From the NCBI GenBank assembly GCA_038116985.1, contig JAYOEZ010000007.1, forward strand, positions 624-64,623: DNA of 64,000 nucleotides. Direction: 5' to 3'. This DNA is from Alphaproteobacteria bacterium (GTDB lineage: Bacteria; Pseudomonadota; Alphaproteobacteria; SHVP01). The notes beneath the pieces are model-generated. The model had not been told where the DNA came from. It did not search any database and saw nothing but the letters and a program-made list of their open reading frames with translations. The translations under genes and the position numbers were made by a program. How positions within the stretch are numbered: the first letter of the stretch is position 1; every line of letters begins with the position of its first letter. Positions 62,995 to 64,000 of the stretch are shown one piece after another.

Positions 62995-63018
62995 ATTTGC
63001 TTAGGCTTTATTTGCAAA
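62995..63018. repeat. ATTTGC-N9-ATTTGC direct repeat in an AT-rich patch
   Basis: ATTTGCTTAGGCTTTATTTGCAAAG. Same half-site and similar spacing as 59692..59716. Confidence 0.45.
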
Positions 63019-63206
63019 GCCAAGTAGTTGCTTCAAGAAAGCGAGAGTTAATGCCTTTCCGCGATTGGTTCGCCGCGCGAAGCGATGCGGCCAACGACAA
63101 TGCTGCGCGTGTCCCTGCCTTAGCTGTCCAGATGGCCAAGGTGCCGTCGGAGACGATGGCCCGGCTGAAGCGCGAGTGGCGTTGACGGCCTGGCGCTGCG
63201 GGCACC

Positions 63207-63422
63207 GTGCAGTTTCGTAGCGGCACGCGCGTGGCAACGAAGTTCAAGGTCGGTCAATTGGTCCGCCTGCGGCCCAGCCCGTTTCTGCGCACGGCTTCGT
63301 CAGGCGAATACAAGGTCGTCAGGCTTCTCCCCGACGTTGGCCAGGAGCAGCAATACCGCATCAAGAGCGTTCATGAGCCGCACGAGCGGGTGGTTCCTGG
63401 CAAGGACCTTGAACGGGCCTGA
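63207..63422 (+). CDS. small conserved-looking hypothetical protein (~65-71 aa)
   Basis: FKVGQLVRLRP...GEYKVVRLLPDVGQEQQYRIKSVHEPHERVVPGKDLE is protein-like and resembles small proteins I recall from Rhizobiales. The start (GTG 63207 or a downstream GTG) is uncertain. Confidence 0.5.
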   Translation: MQFRSGTRVATKFKVGQLVRLRPSPFLRTASSGEYKVVRLLPDVGQEQQYRIKSVHEPHERVVPGKDLERA

Positions 63423-63513
63423 GCGCACTGCCCGTCGGCACATGCAAGCCGACGTATCGAGGGTCGCTCGCGAACCGTGACCCAAGTACGAAATCGAGAT
63501 TCACAGGAGAACA

Positions 63514-63864
63514 ATGATGACGCTTCAGGTACTCAAGCCGCTTGCGACGGGAGCCATTATCGGCGCGATTGCATTGGCGGTCGTGGGATTTGGATGGGGC
63601 GGTTGGATGACGGCCAGCACCGCCGAACAGAAGGCTTCGGTCGAGGCGGACATGCAGGTAGCTGCCGCTTTGCTGCCATTTTGTCTTCGGCAATCGGCTG
63701 ACGATCCGGCATCCAGCGCGAGAATCGACGAACTGAAGTCGGCTGGCCGGTTCCAACGCGTGGACATCATCATCAAGAACGGCTGGGCGACGGTTCCCGG
63801 TACCGAGGACCCGCATCGCGGCTTGGCGAGCGCCTGCCTCGACGCTTTGTCGGAACGCTTCTGA
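63514..63864 (+). CDS. membrane-anchored protein of unknown function
   Basis: 116 aa with AGGAGA RBS. N-terminal TM helix GAIIGAIALAVVGFGWGGW, then a soluble domain with 2 Cys. Confidence 0.6.
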   Translation: MMTLQVLKPLATGAIIGAIALAVVGFGWGGWMTASTAEQKASVEADMQVAAALLPFCLRQSADDPASSARIDELKSAGRFQRVDIIIKNGWATVPGTEDPHRGLASACLDALSERF

Positions 63865-64000
63865 TCGAAGCGCGCGCGCCGGCGACCGTGTAGGCCGGCC
63901 GCGCAACAGCTGACATCAGTCGTGGTTAGCTGCGCACCACCATGACTGAACAACTGGCGTGGCGCACAACGCGCGCCGCGTTGGGGCCGAGCAGGTAGTC

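Noticed and set aside
63085-63135. Peptide stretch AANDNAARVPALA in a small ORF inside the AT-rich region. It resembles the ANDN... start of alphaproteobacterial tmRNA (ssrA) tag peptides.
   Set aside because: The frame continues ~20 more codons (…VQMAKVPSETMARLKREWR) instead of stopping after ...LAA/VAA. I found no tRNA-like acceptor/T-arm element or 5-prime GGGG acceptor strand nearby as a one- or two-piece tmRNA would require.
1-64000. Search for CRISPR arrays, rRNA genes, integrases, phage or conjugation genes, toxin-antitoxin pairs and known defence-system signatures.
   Set aside because: I saw no regularly spaced direct repeats, no rRNA-like conserved stretches, and no ORF with recombinase, terminase, relaxase, nuclease-ATPase or TA-type motifs. 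The only mobile-element trace is the IS3 fragment at 55118..55300.

Overview
GC-rich, tightly packed chromosomal segment. The gene content (MmcB, TRAP transporter, HtpX, porin ending in F, many 4-nt gene overlaps) fits an alphaproteobacterium; this is inference, as no database search was possible. I can support about 70 protein genes, one tRNA-Met(CAT), no rRNA, no CRISPR array and no intact mobile element. Most long ORFs antisense to these genes are GC artefacts. The content is mostly accessory catabolism: CoA-transferases, FAD and flavin monooxygenases, SDRs, VOC/glyoxalase, NTF2-like, nitrilase-superfamily, amidohydrolase, a TRAP transporter, an MFS exporter and a porin. I found no recognisable defence, toxin-antitoxin, secretion or phage module. 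Five things deserve a second look. (1) Seven alpha/beta-fold genes (11 domains) lack serine at the nucleophile elbow and carry G-x-H-T-G or G-[AG]-A-T-G-G instead; four are ~560-aa tandem-domain proteins arranged as two translationally coupled pairs. (2) Three paralogous ~370-400-aa SAM methyltransferases share an unrecognised N-terminal domain, and one is ATGA-coupled to a 115-aa partner. (3) Directly after the tRNA-Met lies a narG fragment fused in frame to an IS3-type transposase fragment. Behind it sits a tightly coupled four-gene operon (LigB-LigA fusion dioxygenase, RidA-like, FAD monooxygenase, cytoplasmic GGT-like) and then a ~700-bp repeat-rich intergenic region. (4) A CPBP protease gene is interrupted by one in-frame TAG while all catalytic motifs remain. 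(5) Several small coupled ORFs are present, including a 49-aa lipoprotein absent from the ORF track. All functional calls come from motif recognition by eye, and start codons were chosen by RBS, overlap or paralog logic.
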